A stretch of DNA of 64,000 bases, from NCBI RefSeq assembly GCF_009914755.1, contig NC_060940.1; one strand, 5' to 3'. The notes beneath the pieces are model-generated. The model worked only from the letters and a program-made list of their open reading frames with translations. It did no database searches and was not told the DNA's origin. The translations under genes were made by a program, and so were the position numbers. This DNA is from the human T2T-CHM13v2.0 reference genome, Homo sapiens. Positions 18,923-33,186 of this stretch are shown in pieces (the stretch's first letter is position 1; each line of letters opens with the position of its first letter).

Positions 18923-19140
18923 CACGTGTTTCTCAACTATGGGACAAGCTGTTCCCCAGGGGATGTTTGATAATACCTGGAGACATTTTTGGTAGTCACA
19001 GTGGGTGGGGGAAATACTATTGACGTCTAGTACGTAGAAGCAAGGATGCTGCTAAACATCCTACAATGCATAGGACAGCCTCCCACAACAAAGAATTATC
19101 CATCTGCAAATGTCAATAGTGCTGAAGTTGAGAAACGCTG
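18923..19140. mobile_element. MER20 (hAT-Charlie MITE)
   Basis: 'tttctcaac...ctggagacatttttgg...gatgctgctaaacatcctacaatgcataggacagcc...gttgagaaacgctg'. Confidence 0.9.
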
Positions 19141-21309
19141 ACTTCATGTAATTAAATACAGGCCAAGATGGAACAGGCAACATTATGTCTGTTGAAGTTA
19201 AGTTTAAATTATGCTGGTTGTTCATTTATCTGCTAAGCTGGAAAAATGGATTTTATGATTTAGGATTTTAAAACTTTGAAGAGTCAAATCTTCATTTGTA
19301 TATCCAGTTGTTTCAGAAGGGCATATAAAAGGTACTCATACCCCAAAATATGTTCAAGGAAACTTGTGATCAGTATGGACCCTTCTAGCATCTTAAATGA
19401 GATGGTAAGAGGCTCTGAGCTCATTCAGATACAGAGAAAGCCAACAAAGAATGTTTATCTGGATATTAAGCTTGATGAAGGCAAGAAATTGTCTGGTTAA
19501 CTACAGTTTTTGTCTTTCCAATTATAGTAGGTAGCGCATGGTCAATGCATACTCATCACATGCTCTAGTGAGTAACTGGTTCCCAGTAAGAACCATGTAA
19601 TGGCTCCAGATGAATCCACCTTATCTCTCCTCCCCAATCTTTTCCTCATATCTCTCACAACTATATACTCACTGAGTCAGTCAGTTAATAAGTATCTACG
19701 GCATATGCATTTCCTCTGGGATCTCTACTAGACTGGAACTTGTTCTCATCACTATTTTGATTTCTGAGAAAATGAAAAATCTAGTATCATTTTTGCAAAA
19801 TACATTAAGCTCTGTAAGGACAGATGACTCTTCTCTGATTTATTCAGAGCTGCATCCTTGAATGTATCCTCTTCTAGGATAGTATCTGGCATATAGGAGT
19901 TGTCCATTAAATATTTGTTGGCTAACGAAATAAATGAAATTACCACATTCTATGATGATGGGAAAACCCAGAAAACAGGAATAAAGTTCAAGAAGAACCA
20001 GATTACTTACAAAATAGAAACACCAGGGTAAAACCAGTTCTAGACAAGTGTTGGATGGGTATACACAGGTACGAGCTATACCTGCAGGATGGAGAATGGA
20101 AAGGCATTCTAGAAGAGAAAGAAGTCCAGGGAAGTCTGAGGAGTAGAGACAGCTGACAGCTACCCTTTCGGTAAGATTCATTGTCCACTTACTCTCATCA
20201 CTGGGGCTCCCTTGAGGGGAGCAAGCCTTATGTTTTAGGTATTTATACTTTGTTACCTAATGGATCCAACCTTCTGATAGTTGTTAGAGATATGGCCCTG
20301 GATTAATAGAAGTCCTTCCCTGGACTTTAGGATTCACCCTTAGAAGTAAGAATAAACACAATTATCCTTTATGGAGCATTTTTCCATGTGTCAGATGCTA
20401 AGCCAGATAGTTTATTTCTATTCTATTTACAACTTAATCTTAACTGAAACACCGCAAGGAAGGTACAACCATTCCCATTTTGCAGTTGAGGAAGCTGAGA
20501 ATAAACTCTGCATAATGGCTAATTGCTTTTGGCTTTACAAAATAATGCATTCTAAGGAGAGAGTGTGAAGTTTCTGGGAGGGAACTCCAGCTAAGAGAGT
20601 GGTGATGATCTTATAATGCAGTGTTGGTCCTTCATGTCATCATGGGCCTAGCTCAGCTCAAATCATGCAGCTTTGCTGGGATTCCCAAGCAGGAAGTATC
20701 TAAGCAGGAAGCTGGAAGTGGTTAAGAGGTTTTGAAAAAATTAGCCAACCTAGAAGAGCCATAATAAAAGGAGATCAGCAGTGTCAATCATTGAGTCCAA
20801 AAGGATGTAAGGAACTCTAGGATCAATATCCAGCTGGTCTGGACCATGGGCATGAGTTAGAGAGCAGTCCAGTTGTCAATGGAAGGAGGACCTCACATCA
20901 GACAGGTGCACAAGCATTAGGATGAGGTTTATACAATTCTAGGAGAGGGCTGCAAGACATGTGGTCCAGCCCTGGACATCTGGGCTGTCTTGAATTAGAT
21001 GAGGGGTCCATACTACAGCCCATGGGATAGACACAGGTCCAAGATGCACTTGGAGCATCAGGCTGAAAGAACATTAGGATTAGGAAAATCTCTGATGGAA
21101 AGGAGGGGGTAGGAAGAATCTATTTGGCAAATATTTGTTGAGATTTTTTTATGTGCCTGCCATTGGGAATATAGTCGTAGGCAAGAAACAAATGCTGTCT
21201 CCACCGAGTTTACAGTCCAGCAAGGCAGACAAATGAGATATAGGTAACCTTCTGGTCAGCCCTGCTACAACATTCACCAATGGAGAAGGTGTAGCTGATC
21301 TTCTATGAT

Positions 21310-21478
21310 TTTGCTACTCAAAATGTGGTTCACAGACCAGCAGCATCAGCAACACCTGGGAGTTTATTAGAAAAAAAAAAAAATCTCAGGCCTCATCTCA
21401 GAGCTCCAGAATCAGATTCTGCACTTTGGCAAGATCCCAGGGGACTCCTATTTTCATTAAAGTTTGAAAAGCGGTGGT
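21310..21478. mobile_element. MER5A-like hAT MITE
   Basis: 'ctactcaaaatgtggttcacagaccagcagcatcagcaacacctgggag...aaagtttgaaaagc'. Confidence 0.8.
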
Positions 21479-22106
21479 CTGCAAGCCCTCCTTCCAGAGC
21501 ACAGTCTTTGGTGTACGCCACCAGCACATGGGGGTCTGTCATCTCCTGACACAGACGTCCTCAGAGATATGAAGGTTATATCAGATTCAGCAGAGAACAG
21601 GCAAAGGGGAAGCAAAGTGTATTCTCAGGAGCTCCTGGAAATAATTACCGTTCTCTTAATAATAAATGAATAGGCTGCAGTCCCAGAACACATTGAGAAC
21701 AAAGCAAAACATGTCAATATAAAATCCAGCAAATAAAACAATCAATTTAAAATAGATTTCTCTAAATGGTTTGCCTGCTTGGGCTAAGTGCCCCGCCTCT
21801 GGGCTCACATAGCATATTGTGCTTATTCCTGCCTCAGTTCTTACTTTTTGATCTTGAACTTTCCTGACTATAATTTCTTTGAGGACCCTTTTCCCTCAAA
21901 AGACAAGAAAAGGATCCTGGCCCCAAAAAGGATTAGAGACAGCTATAAAAGGCTAAAAGAATAGTTCTCTATATGACATACTTTCAAAAGAAGAATAATA
22001 TAGGCAGTTCCAAATTCCTTCACAAATATGGACTGAAAGGTTCACTCCCCATCCCCATTACCCAATACCTCCCACCCCCTTGGAACATTCTAGACTCTCA
22101 GTGTCA

Positions 22107-22609
22107 TGTGTCAGCAATTAGTATTTGCCATCACAGTGAGTGGAGTCTGTTCTTTTCCGAGACTTTATGTACATTCACCAAAGACAACAGAAGACACTCA
22201 CATATCTATGCCCTTCGATGGTGCCTTCCCATGAGAACTCTGGCTTGGCCACATAAGTTGCTTCAACATATAGGACAGAAGCAAACTCAATACAAGCAGA
22301 AACTTAAAGAAACATTTCTATTTTCTCTCTCTTGTTCAGTAGGAGCCTGAACAAGCCTGGATTTGCCCACTGGAGGATGAGAAGACGCTTGAAGCAGAGT
22401 CCAGAACACAGAGAAGAGTCCAATTAAGATCAGCAAAGCTGCCTAACCAACCCACACCTACCTACCCACAGAGAAATGGATGAGCTCTACCAAGCCCAGT
22501 TCACCCCAGTGGAAATGACTACCCATCTGCATATGCAAAGCTGAATAAATGCTTATCACTTGAAACCATTGGGTGTGGGGTTTTTATGCAGCAATAGCTA
22601 ACTGCTACA
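22107..22609 (+). mobile_element. MaLR LTR (MLT1G/H-like)
   Basis: 'ctctggcttggccacata', 'aagatcagcaaagctgcc', end 'aataaatgctt...tatgcagcaatagctaactgctaca'. Confidence 0.7.
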
Positions 22610-22984
22610 AGCCACCAAGTAGAAGATGCTTTCCTTCAGAGAACACCTAATTTCTTTTTACATACAAACCCGCTTTGCATTTGAATTTCTTGCTAAGGCT
22701 GAGCAGGCTTTAGGTATGAAAAAAAATAAAGAAAAAAAGTCATAGGAACAGACCTTGCCTTCAAGTATGCTCATATTTTGATGACACTTAGAAGGTCACT
22801 TAGAAACTGCTTTGAGTCAAGAAATTATCCCCAGAGGCTATTAAGAACATTTTTAGGTTCTATTTTGCTTCTTATTGTCTATGAAGGAAAACTCTGTAAA
22901 TTAAATCTTGTGTGAATATGAGTAGTAGAAAACAAATTGAACTAATTTAAACAATTAAAGGGAATAAGTAATTAAGGGTGCATG

Positions 22985-23420
22985 TGTCAGGATTTTTTTA
23001 GTTGTAAAGGACAAAAACCAAACTTACACCAACATAAGCCAAAAATAAGGCACACATTAACTCATGTGACTGAGGAGTCATCCAAGGATGTTCTGATTTG
23101 AGTCACAATTGAATCCTGGAACTTATTACGTTCTGTTGTTTCCATCTTTGCCATTGGCCCATGTGTCCTTCAATCCTCTGGGAAAGATATCCATTCAGCA
23201 CATCTCCCCAAATTCCAAATTCTCCCCTGTTCCAAATTCCAGGCTCTAGAGCTCTGACTCCAAATTTCAAATAATCAGTGAAAGGAAACCTGATTGTCCG
23301 GCTGCACGTCAGGTGTGTACCTCTGATCTCATCTTCTGTCATATGGCATGCAGACAGCTTGGTAGACCTGGCCACTCTCAAATAGAACCATTGCGCAAAC
23401 ACCCCCAAAGCTAATGTCAC
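22985..23420 (-). mobile_element. Old LTR (MLT1K/L or LTR33-like)
   Basis: 'gtcaggattttttagttgtaaaggacaaaaaccaaac...ctcatgtgactga' resembles a reverse LTR 3' end. Confidence 0.5.
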
Positions 23421-24733
23421 CTGAGACATTTTTCTACTCTCCCCTCCTGTCTCACTTCTTTCTCTGCCCTCACTGTTCTCCAGCATTCATTTTCCATATG
23501 TAGGATGGTGTTGAAAATGTTTACAAACTGAATATTTGTTTTTAAAAGGATAGGTGACATAAAACCTGTGTCATTTTATTTTCCTCTTATGTCTGTTTTG
23601 CTTTTAAATAAATACATTCATCTCATGGAATGAAGGGGAAAGAAAGACAGGTAGAATGTTAATACCCAAAGTTAGATTGTTAATAATCTCAGAGGCTCTG
23701 TTCCTGACAAGATGTGTGACTTTCTAAAAGTGGCTTCACTTCTCAGAGCATCATTTTCTGAGCTATTAAATTCTCAGCAGAGGTTATAAAGTCTACCTTG
23801 GATGTTGGCTTCAGAGAGTCTGTAAAGCTCTAGATAAAAGCAAGTTCTAATTCAATGACAATAACGACGACTGCTATCACCACTGTTACTGCAAATAATG
23901 ACAATAACAAATGATGTGGGGCTCAGGATTCAACAAGGTTTGGGCACTCATGAAACAAACCATGACAGCTGAGTGTCTCTTCCAACGCCTTTGAACCTCA
24001 CTCGGTGGCCTTCAGTCTGATGAGCTGGCTGTGCTCTCCCAACTTCTGCCTTAGTGTTTGTTTATATCTTTGCATGTATGTGTGTATCTCTGATTTCCGA
24101 CTTTATTTCTCTACCTCCTTCCCTCTGACTCTATCTTTGTCTCTCACTCCCTCTCCCCTTTCTCTCTTTCTGTCATTGTTTGTCTGTCTTCTGTCCTCCC
24201 TTAGTTTCTTACTTTGTCTCGCCTCCCCACATTCCTCTGTCTACCTTCCTTTCTCTCTCTTTCACTCACCCTCTCTAGTGGCCTTGGCACTAGATGGATT
24301 TCCCCACCTTGCTTCTGCCACCCAATCTGGCATGACATGTGCTTCCTTTTCCCTGTCACAAGCAACTGTGTCCTGTCTTGACAGCTTAAACAACAACAAC
24401 AAAATAGTTTGTGCCAACCTCCGGATGCTTAAGCCAACATGGTCTAGCTGACCCCCTGCCAGGGGAAGGGTTCACCCAGTTTGCCAAACATGAGGCCCAT
24501 GTGAGCACCAAGGCACCAAGGAGTCACCTGGCTGCTGTCACCCAGACAGAGGTCCCACCCATTCCCTGGAAACCCCTAGGAGCAGGGGTTCTCTCCCCTA
24601 TGATGTACCAAGAGCACTTCAGATTCAACATGCCTAAGACTAAACTAAAGTTCTCCCCACCCAAGCCTAGTCCCTGCTGTCTCTCAGGAAATGGCCCCAC
24701 CTGTCTGTTGTTCATATACTTTATATAACTTTT

Positions 24734-25015
24734 TTTTTTTTTTTTTTTCTGAGATGGAGTCTCACTCTGTCGCCCAGGCTGGAGTGCAAGTGGCGCAATC
24801 TTGGCTCATTGCAAGCTCCGCCTCCTGGGTTCACACCATTCTCCTGCCTCAGCTTCCTCAGTAGCTGGGACTACAGATGCCCGCCACCGCGCCTGGCTTT
24901 TTGTATTTTTAGTAGAGACAGGGTTTCACCATGTTAGCCAGGATGGTCTCGATCTCCTGACCTCGTGATCTGCCCGCCTCGGCCTCCCAAAGTGCTGGGA
25001 TTACCACACCCAGCC
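24734..25015 (-). mobile_element. AluY with a small deletion near its 5' end
   Basis: 'gcaagctccgcc', 'ttagccaggatggtctcgatctcc'; TSD actttatata(a/g)ctttt (24718-24733 / 25016-25031). Confidence 0.9.
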
Positions 25016-25044
25016 ACTTTATATAGCTTTTAAAGCATAATCAA

Positions 25045-25465
25045 GAACATATAAAAATAAGATAAAATATAAGATCACATATAAGATAAAATAAGATAAA
25101 AATAAGATATTACATATGTATATTATGTATATACATATATCGTATACATATTCTATATGTATATTATACATATAGAATACCTTATACATATTATAGACGT
25201 ATATTATACATATATAATACCTTATACATTTTATAGTTGTATATTATACATATCTCATACATTTTATGTATGTATATGTATAATACATATATAATACCTT
25301 ATACATATTATATATTATACTTATATACCTTATACATATTACTTATATTATATATATATATTATGCATCTTATATATGTATATATTTTATATCTTAAGTA
25401 TAACATATTAAGTATAATATGTATAAGATATTATATATGTATATAGATAAGATATAAAATATATT
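25045..25465. repeat. AT-rich degenerate (TA)n low-complexity tract
   Basis: Repeated 'tatattatacatata.aataccttatacat' units. Confidence 0.85.
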
Positions 25466-26770
25466 ATCTTCTTCCTGGTTTTACACAAAAAGTAGCACAA
25501 CACACACACAAAGTTCTGCCTTGCTTTCTTTTACTTAAGAATATACCTTAGAGATTGTTCCATTTCAGTACACAAACTGATGCCTCATTTTTACAGCTGC
25601 GTAGTGTTCCATTCTATGAGTCTTCGGTAATTTAGGTAAATCAGTCTCTGGTCAAAGTTCTCACCATCTCCATTTCCTTCAACTCTTTAGCCAAACCCTC
25701 CCTAAGTCCAATCAATTTACCATCCAACCATTTCTCTGAAACATCTTATCACTTCATCGTCATGTCCACTTCAGCCCAGATGTAACAGCCTCATGGTCGA
25801 GCTCTCACCTGGACAAAGGCAAAAGTTTCTGACTGATCTCTCTGCAATCAGCCCCCCACAGCCAGAGAGAACCTTCCAAACTCTGACCAAGGAACCCCTT
25901 GCCTGCTCGGAACACTTCAATTACTCTCAACATAATGATCCAGAAATCATCAAAAAGCCCTAGAAGGCATGCTCTGGATACCTTCTTCTCTCTGCTTCAG
26001 TGCTGAATGTTTCCATGTTCCCTGAAAATATCACACTCCTTTTTGCACACATTACCTCTTTAATCTGGAAGACTTTCCACACTCTCTGAAATTCCATCCT
26101 CTGGCTATCATTTATTTTTCATTTAATTTCTGCATAGGTAATATATTCACAGGATTCATAAATCCAAGTCTAAACATCCACAGAGAAAAAATTATCCATC
26201 TCACCCTGCTCACATCCACCCAATTCTCCCCAAACCCTAGCCCCACATCTCCATATCCTTCAAGAGATTTTTAAAGCATATTCAAGCACCTATTCATATC
26301 CATATTCTCTCCTTCCTGGCTTTACAGAAAGGGTAGCATACTATGCATGCAGATCTGCACCTTGTTCCCTCTTGTTATTTAGCAATATAGCTTAGAGATC
26401 ATTTTACTTCAGTACATAAACTGATGCATCCTTTTTAGAGGTGTATCATATTCCATTCTATAGATATCCCATAATTTATGTAAACTGTTCCCAAAGCGAT
26501 AGGTACTAATTTTTTTTTCTATTTTAAATAATACTGAAGACAGTAATATTACACATTTCATTGCAAGCAGGCATAGCTAGAAGAAAAATCCAAGAAAATA
26601 AAAATTTGTTTCAAAGTTGATGTATTTGCAATTGTGATAAATGTTGCTAAAGTGCCCTTTATGAGGGTTTCAAATGACATTCTCACTCACTAGAGCCTGA
26701 TAGCCACACTCTTGCCAACAGATTGTTTTTCTTTTCTATCTGGTAGGTACAAATAGATTCTACCAGATAT
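25466..26770 (-). mobile_element. Two L1ME/L1MC-like 3' end fragments (~25466-25650 and ~26115-26770) with L2-like sequence between
   Basis: Both contain 'tagca...cttagagat...ttcagtaca.aaactgatgc...ccattctat'. Confidence 0.6.
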
Positions 26771-26858
26771 TTTTTAAAGGCATACAGATTTGATAATTAA
26801 CCAGTGTGATGCTTGCATGTAATGAGATTTGAGTAGCACACCAGGGTATAAAAATTGA

Positions 26859-27311
<453 letters not shown>

Positions 27312-27579
27312 TAATTTTAAAAATGGCTTCTTAATCCAATTAACATAGGGGCATATTTGAAGACAGTGGAATTAGCTGGAGTGACCAAAGAACACAAGAA
27401 TAAAAAGAGACTGGGAAGGACACATAGGCCTTGGTTATAAAGGGAAAAAAAAAAAAAAAAAAAGCTTTGCCCACGCTGTGCTTGCACAGGTGCAAATAAT
27501 ACTTGGCCACTTGACAACATAAGGAACGGCTGCCTGACAAGACAGGCTCAGGCAAGAGGCTTTGGGGTGAGAATGAGAC

Positions 27580-28085
27580 AGAGCATAGACTGGAGACTCA
27601 GTCCTCCAACAAATCCCAAATCTAGCCTCAGCTGTGCAGCCTCATTTGAGGTGACTTGACCTCTCTACATGACTCAATTCCTTTATTTGTAATATACAGG
27701 AGAATAATTTCTTAGAATTGTTAGGAGAGCTAAATTAGATAAACTCTTGTAGAGTGCACAGCATTATCCCTGGCACAATGGAAACACTAAGATGGTATCT
27801 ATTATTTCGTAACAATTCTATTATAATTGGAATTATTATTATTGTATGGCATTAGAATGTGAGCCACAGCTCACTCATCAGTATAAGGTACGTGGGCCTT
27901 GGGTCAGACATAATTGGGTCTCTTCCCAAGATTTAGCTTCTCTAGTTGTTCTATTGGTGTGATTTTAATACTGTTCTCTTGCCTATCAAATGGGGGGAAT
28001 AACTTTTATAAGGATGGTATGAGGTCAGAAAAACAGAATGCTTAGCACACAAGTTACTCCTCAGTAACTCATGGCTATCATTCGA
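27580..28085 (+). mobile_element. Two MIR fragments
   Basis: 'gtgacttgacctctct...actcaattcctttatttgtaat' and 'cctatcaaatgggg...gcttagcacac'. Confidence 0.6.
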
Positions 28086-29053
28086 AACCTCAGCACCTAG
28101 CAGGAGGAGCTAGAAAACTGGAGTGTTTTATTTATTTTTTTTTTTTATTTTTTTTTTTTTCCAGAGAACTTCATCTAGTTTTCCTCTGAAGTTTGGACAC
28201 AGACACACCCTCCCAAAGAACAAGATCTGCAGCTTTTCCTTTACTGCTCAAGTGGATTCTCCAGGCCAAGTGGAATCCGCAACTGTGGCCCCGAGCCCTC
28301 CCCAGCCAGCTCCACAAGTCAAAGCTCTAATTCACTCTGAAAGGGCTTCAGCACCACCCCTGTGAGGTCCTTAAATGTTTTATGAGCTCCCTGAAATGCT
28401 CAGATAATTAAAAACACTTTCTTAACTTAATAGCTTGACTTAGTGAAACCAGGACTTTATGTTTTATTTGGAAAGGGGTGAACATCCCAGTCATACTTAT
28501 TAATATTTTTAAGAGTATGCCCAATTGTGTCCAGGGATGGAGGGAAATCATTGCTTCAAGGAGGGAAATGGGCTTTCCTGAGTTTCTGACAAGTCTTGGG
28601 CTTATTAGAGCTCATTACATCCAGGAAGCCTGAAAACCTAAATTAGCAATCACCACATATGACGTGGCAGGCTATTATTAAGAAGGCCACTTATTGTAGA
28701 AACATGGAATTCTCAATTAAAAAGTAGTCCACCTAGGCCCCAAAGGTTCAAGAGGATTACCTGTGTCATCTAGGCAGTCACTTCAAAAGCTAGCTGAGAA
28801 GCAGACTCCTACGAGAGCAACTTTTTCTGTCAAGTCCAATAAACATGATCCTCTTAGGAAAAAAATGCTATAATCCAAACAGGTTGAACGTAAACCCAAT
28901 TGGTTTGTAAGGATAGAGGTACCAGTGAGACACAAGGATTCCAAATTGTAGTGGCCACCTGGTCCCTAGAAAGACCAGACTGTTTAGAGTCCAGTTCTTT
29001 CCAGCAGTGACCACATGGTACCCTGGGATGGGCTTGGACTTCAAGGTCACATG

Positions 29054-29262
29054 CAGTGGTGTGCCAGAGCCAGTCTGTACCAGCCAATGAGAGGAGACTG
29101 TGTGCATCTCTTCCCAACTCTAAGGTCAGTTGTGTCACACTGACAGCTTCAAATCAGCCATGGTGGAGGTATTTACACCATGTAAACAGGCAGACACTAC
29201 AAACCAGTGCTTTATTTTATCTTCAGGGAGCCAGGAGTTAAATATTACCCAGTACATCACTG
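29054..29262. mobile_element. MER63A (hAT-Blackjack MITE) inside a MIR
   Basis: TIRs cagtggtgtgc / gtacatcactg; internal 'gcatctcttcccaactc', 'cagccatggtggaggtatttacacca'. Confidence 0.85.
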
Positions 29263-29494
29263 GATGCAGGTTCAAATCCTGGCTGGACAATTGTGAATAT
29301 GGGCAGGGATAGTTTATTTAACTTTCCCGAGCATTCATTTCTCCGACTATTAAAAATGGAGATAAAACTCTTTCCATACACAGCTTTTTTGTTTTTTCTC
29401 CATGGCACTTACCCCCACCTAATATTATAATAAATCTGTATCTGTTGATGTTGTTATTCTGCTTGTGGTTATGTCTTTCCCCATAAAGCTCCCT

Positions 29495-30370
29495 CATTTA
29501 TTCAAAAATGTGTACTGAGCACCTACTATGTCTCAGACCCTATTCTAGGTACTTGGATACAGTAGTGAGCAAAACAGACTAAAATTTCTATTTTCATGGA
29601 ATATACAAACCATAAATATAGTAAAGGGTATGTATATCAGATGGTGATAAGCACTATGCAAAAAAAAAAGTAGGCTGGGGAATAGAGCATGTTAAGATCA
29701 GAAACGGGCATTGCAACTTTAACAAGGGTAACCATGAGGACATCCTTTAGAATGTTACATTGGAGAAAACTGCAAGAGATGAGGAAGTGAGCCCAGTGGC
29801 CATATGGGAAGGAGCATCCCAGAGAGAGGGAAAGGGGACCGATGGGTGGGACCGTGACTAGAGTGTTTGAGGAATCCACAGAGACCACTGTGTTTGGAGC
29901 AGAGGGATAAAGGGCATCAGCCACAGAGGATGAGATAATAGCAGCAATGGGGTAGGATTTTATAGGGCATTCTGTAACCAACAGAACTTTCTGCAAGGAT
30001 GAAAATGATCTATGTGGGTGTACACACGATGGTAGCTACTAACCACAGGTGACTGTGGGGCATTTGAAATGTGGCTAGAGCAATTAAGGAAATAAATTTT
30101 TCATTTTATTTAATTTTAAATAATTTTAATTGAAAAAGCCACACTTGGCTAGTGGCTGCAGTTTGGGACAGTGCAGTTACAGACCACTGTAAATATTTTT
30201 GTTGTTTGCCCTGTATGAGATGAAGAGCCACCGGGGAAACCCAACAAAGCAGCTCTATGACTTGCCTGACCTTATCAAGTCTGGCTCTGGCTGCTCTGTG
30301 AAGGAGAAATTGCATGGCAAGGCCAGTGAGAAAGCTGTGGCGGCCATCCAGCAGGACACGCCAATGGCTC
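29495..30370 (-). mobile_element. L2a fragment
   Basis: 'cattattcaaaaatgtgtactgagcacctactatgtc...gatggtgataagcactatg...gtgtttgaggaa'. Confidence 0.75.
29968..30176. mobile_element. MER3 (hAT-Charlie) inside L2
   Basis: 'agaactttctgc...catttgaaatgtggctag...agccacacttggctagtggctgcagtttgggacagtgcag'. Confidence 0.8.
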
Positions 30371-33100
30371 CATGACAGAAAGGATTGTATTTTGCTCTCT
30401 TCTCTATTTCCAGCACCTAAAACATAGAAGGTATTTTAGGATATTTGGGGAGTTAAACTGAATTAACTAAATAAGATTTTTATTTGCTCATTCAGTGCAA
30501 TTTTTTCTGTTTTGCCTAAAATTTATGGGTTGGCAATGACATGTGAATGACATATTTGTCAGGTATGTAGGCAAGAGATTGGCTGAGTCTGAATATTATT
30601 TGACACAGTAAGTATATCCCAAAGTTTATTCCATAGACATGGGTTTCATGGAATGTTAATGAGTATTAAACAGTAAAAGATATACAAATAAATTATATGA
30701 TTAAAGAAGTTTGGGAAATGCCAATTTAAGCACAATAAAAATTTCTTTACTGCAGTAAATATCAATGCCTTTCATATATTAATATAAATTGTGTCACTCC
30801 AACAGGACACAAACATGTAGGAAATATCTTCCAACTGTGTTTCCAATAGGGCCCCTCATTTTTCCTTAGTTGGGCATCTAGTCCAGTGGATGTTCAACAG
30901 AGCACTCCTTAGGAAATATTGCATTTGCTGAATCATGGAAAGAGAGACTGAATACAGGCTGCCACCGCAGACATTCTCTAACACATCACTCTGCTGTATT
31001 TTCTCTATAGCACTTAACACTATCTCAAACTATCACCTTCATTTATGTGTTGACCTGCATATTCAACTATAACTTACGCAAGCAGGAAACCTAAGGGAGT
31101 TGAGGGGTCTTGTCTACCTGCTGACATATGTACTCAGTCCCTAGCACAGCAGAAGGTGACAGAAAAAACATTAACTGAAAGAATAGCTAGTTAATGAGCC
31201 CAGATAAATGGTATAGGAATTCTGTTCCTGGAATCCTTTGTTCTGGATGGCCTAGGGGACCCTGGAGAAGCTGCAACTCAGCCCAACCTCTGCAGTGAGG
31301 AACAAAATGCTTCAGAGAGGCTAGGGCAGACCTGCCAGGCACAGCAAATGTTGTTTGCCCAGCACAGAGCTGTGAACACACACAGTGGACAAAGACCATT
31401 CTCCTTGGGATGGTGAACTGTAATCTCTTAGTCACATCAGATGGTGTTCAACTCTCTGTACAGAGTAGGGGGTCAGAAGGGATCTGGGATGGTTGAATGA
31501 ACAACAGTTCTAATAGCTAACATCAGTCAAGTGCTTGTACTAAGGATTTGACCAGCATCATTTAACTCTCTATCCATCTCATTTAACTCTCCCAGCAATC
31601 CAAGGGACGGATATTATCCCTTTCTACTGATGAGTAAGCTGAGTCTGAATTAAGAATCAAACGGTCTTAACCACCATGCAGGATTCCCTCCTCAAATAAT
31701 TACATTGTCCTGAGTGGACACGTTCATGTTTCAATAAGAACACAGTGCAAAAGACAGATACTGAAACAAACACCAAGTTAGGACCTTAGAGGTAGAACGA
31801 CCACTCTATACTTGTCAGGAGTGTGGGAGCATTCAGGAAAATGTTCACAGAGAAGTTAATATTTGAGCAGCATATTAAGACGGGATGGCTCTTCCCTTGG
31901 CAAATGGGATGAAAGCGAGGGCATCATGAGAAGAAGGCACAGCCATGGGCAAAGCAGGAAGACTGGAGGTGGCTTACATGTTCAGAATCGCAGGCAAAGT
32001 CCAATCTCCTTCAACTCACATTTAAGTGAATGTTTGAATATTCAAATAGATGTTTGAAAAAGCAATGACTGCCAGACCTCTCAGGGGTCATATAAAATTA
32101 TTTCTTCAGGGTGTCCTGGCAACAAAAAGCCAATTAAAGCCCCAGGAGTCAGTGACTGAGCACACAAAAAAAACAAATCCTCTGAGTCCACAACTCCCCT
32201 CCTCTGGTTCTTTCTCTTCCTTGATCGTATTTAACTGGAAGAAGTGGCCATGAGTAAAGCAACCATGAGGGTTGAGTATCTCACTTATGATGGAACCCAT
32301 AATAATTATTGACTGTACCTTCTATAATAAGCCTTAAAATTTATTACTCCAGCTTTGCTTCCTGGGCTTCATGTCAATACCTCTCATGTGCAGTGGTGGT
32401 AGGGGAATAAGTGTAAAGTACTGAGCACAGATTTATTTAAAACTTTGTCCCTGAAATTTACTTTCACTGCAGTATATTGGCCGTAATCAGGAGCCCAAAT
32501 AGCCCCTGGCTAGGATAAAAGATAGCACAGGATTGAAGAGAGAGACACAGCCCTGGTGTGAGGCTGACCTGTCTGGATGCTGGTCCTTCCACTTTTACCA
32601 CTCCCTGACTTTTTTCCCGTATCTAAAATATAAGTCCTATCTTTCAGCGTTTTAGAGGAAATAAAAGTTAATAATGCATGTAAAGAACCTGACCCAAATC
32701 CTAGCATATACTAAGAAGTCAATATATACTTATTTCCTTTGAATATGTACACTTTTAAGTCATTGTGCATGGGGCTGGATCTCCATTGGCTCCTGTTGAG
32801 GGCCTGTCCCATGTTCTGCTCTGGGGTGGAAAAGATGAAGGGTACACAAGTTGGAGAAGACGCACCTTTGCCTATGGGGGGCTTATGGTTTAGTTGGGAA
32901 TGCAGTTGTATAGACATGTTGAAACCAGATAATGAGGATGGTTCTCATTCAAAAGTGGCTTCATAGGTTGTTTCAGTGCTAAAGGAGCTCAAAAGATGCA
33001 TGATGGAAGGCTTCCAGAAGATGAGACTTAAAGAATCACTAGGATTTGGGATGGTAGAAAGTAGGGAAATAAACACGATGAGCCAAAATCCTGGGTTGAG

Positions 33101-33186
33101 ATGGTCTTCAGATGATTACAAAAAAAATAACTATTAGACCTGTTAATATTCAAGCACTGTTCCTCAATTTAGTAACAAAGTAGGCT
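33101..33186 (+). repeat. Copy 1 of an ~85-bp local direct duplication
   Basis: Matches 34777-34867 with 3 substitutions and small indels. Confidence 0.95.

Noticed and set aside
24005-24451. 148-aa hydrophobic Leu/Ser-rich ORF
   Set aside because: Arises from a CT-rich low-complexity tract with a non-ATG start and no recognisable domain
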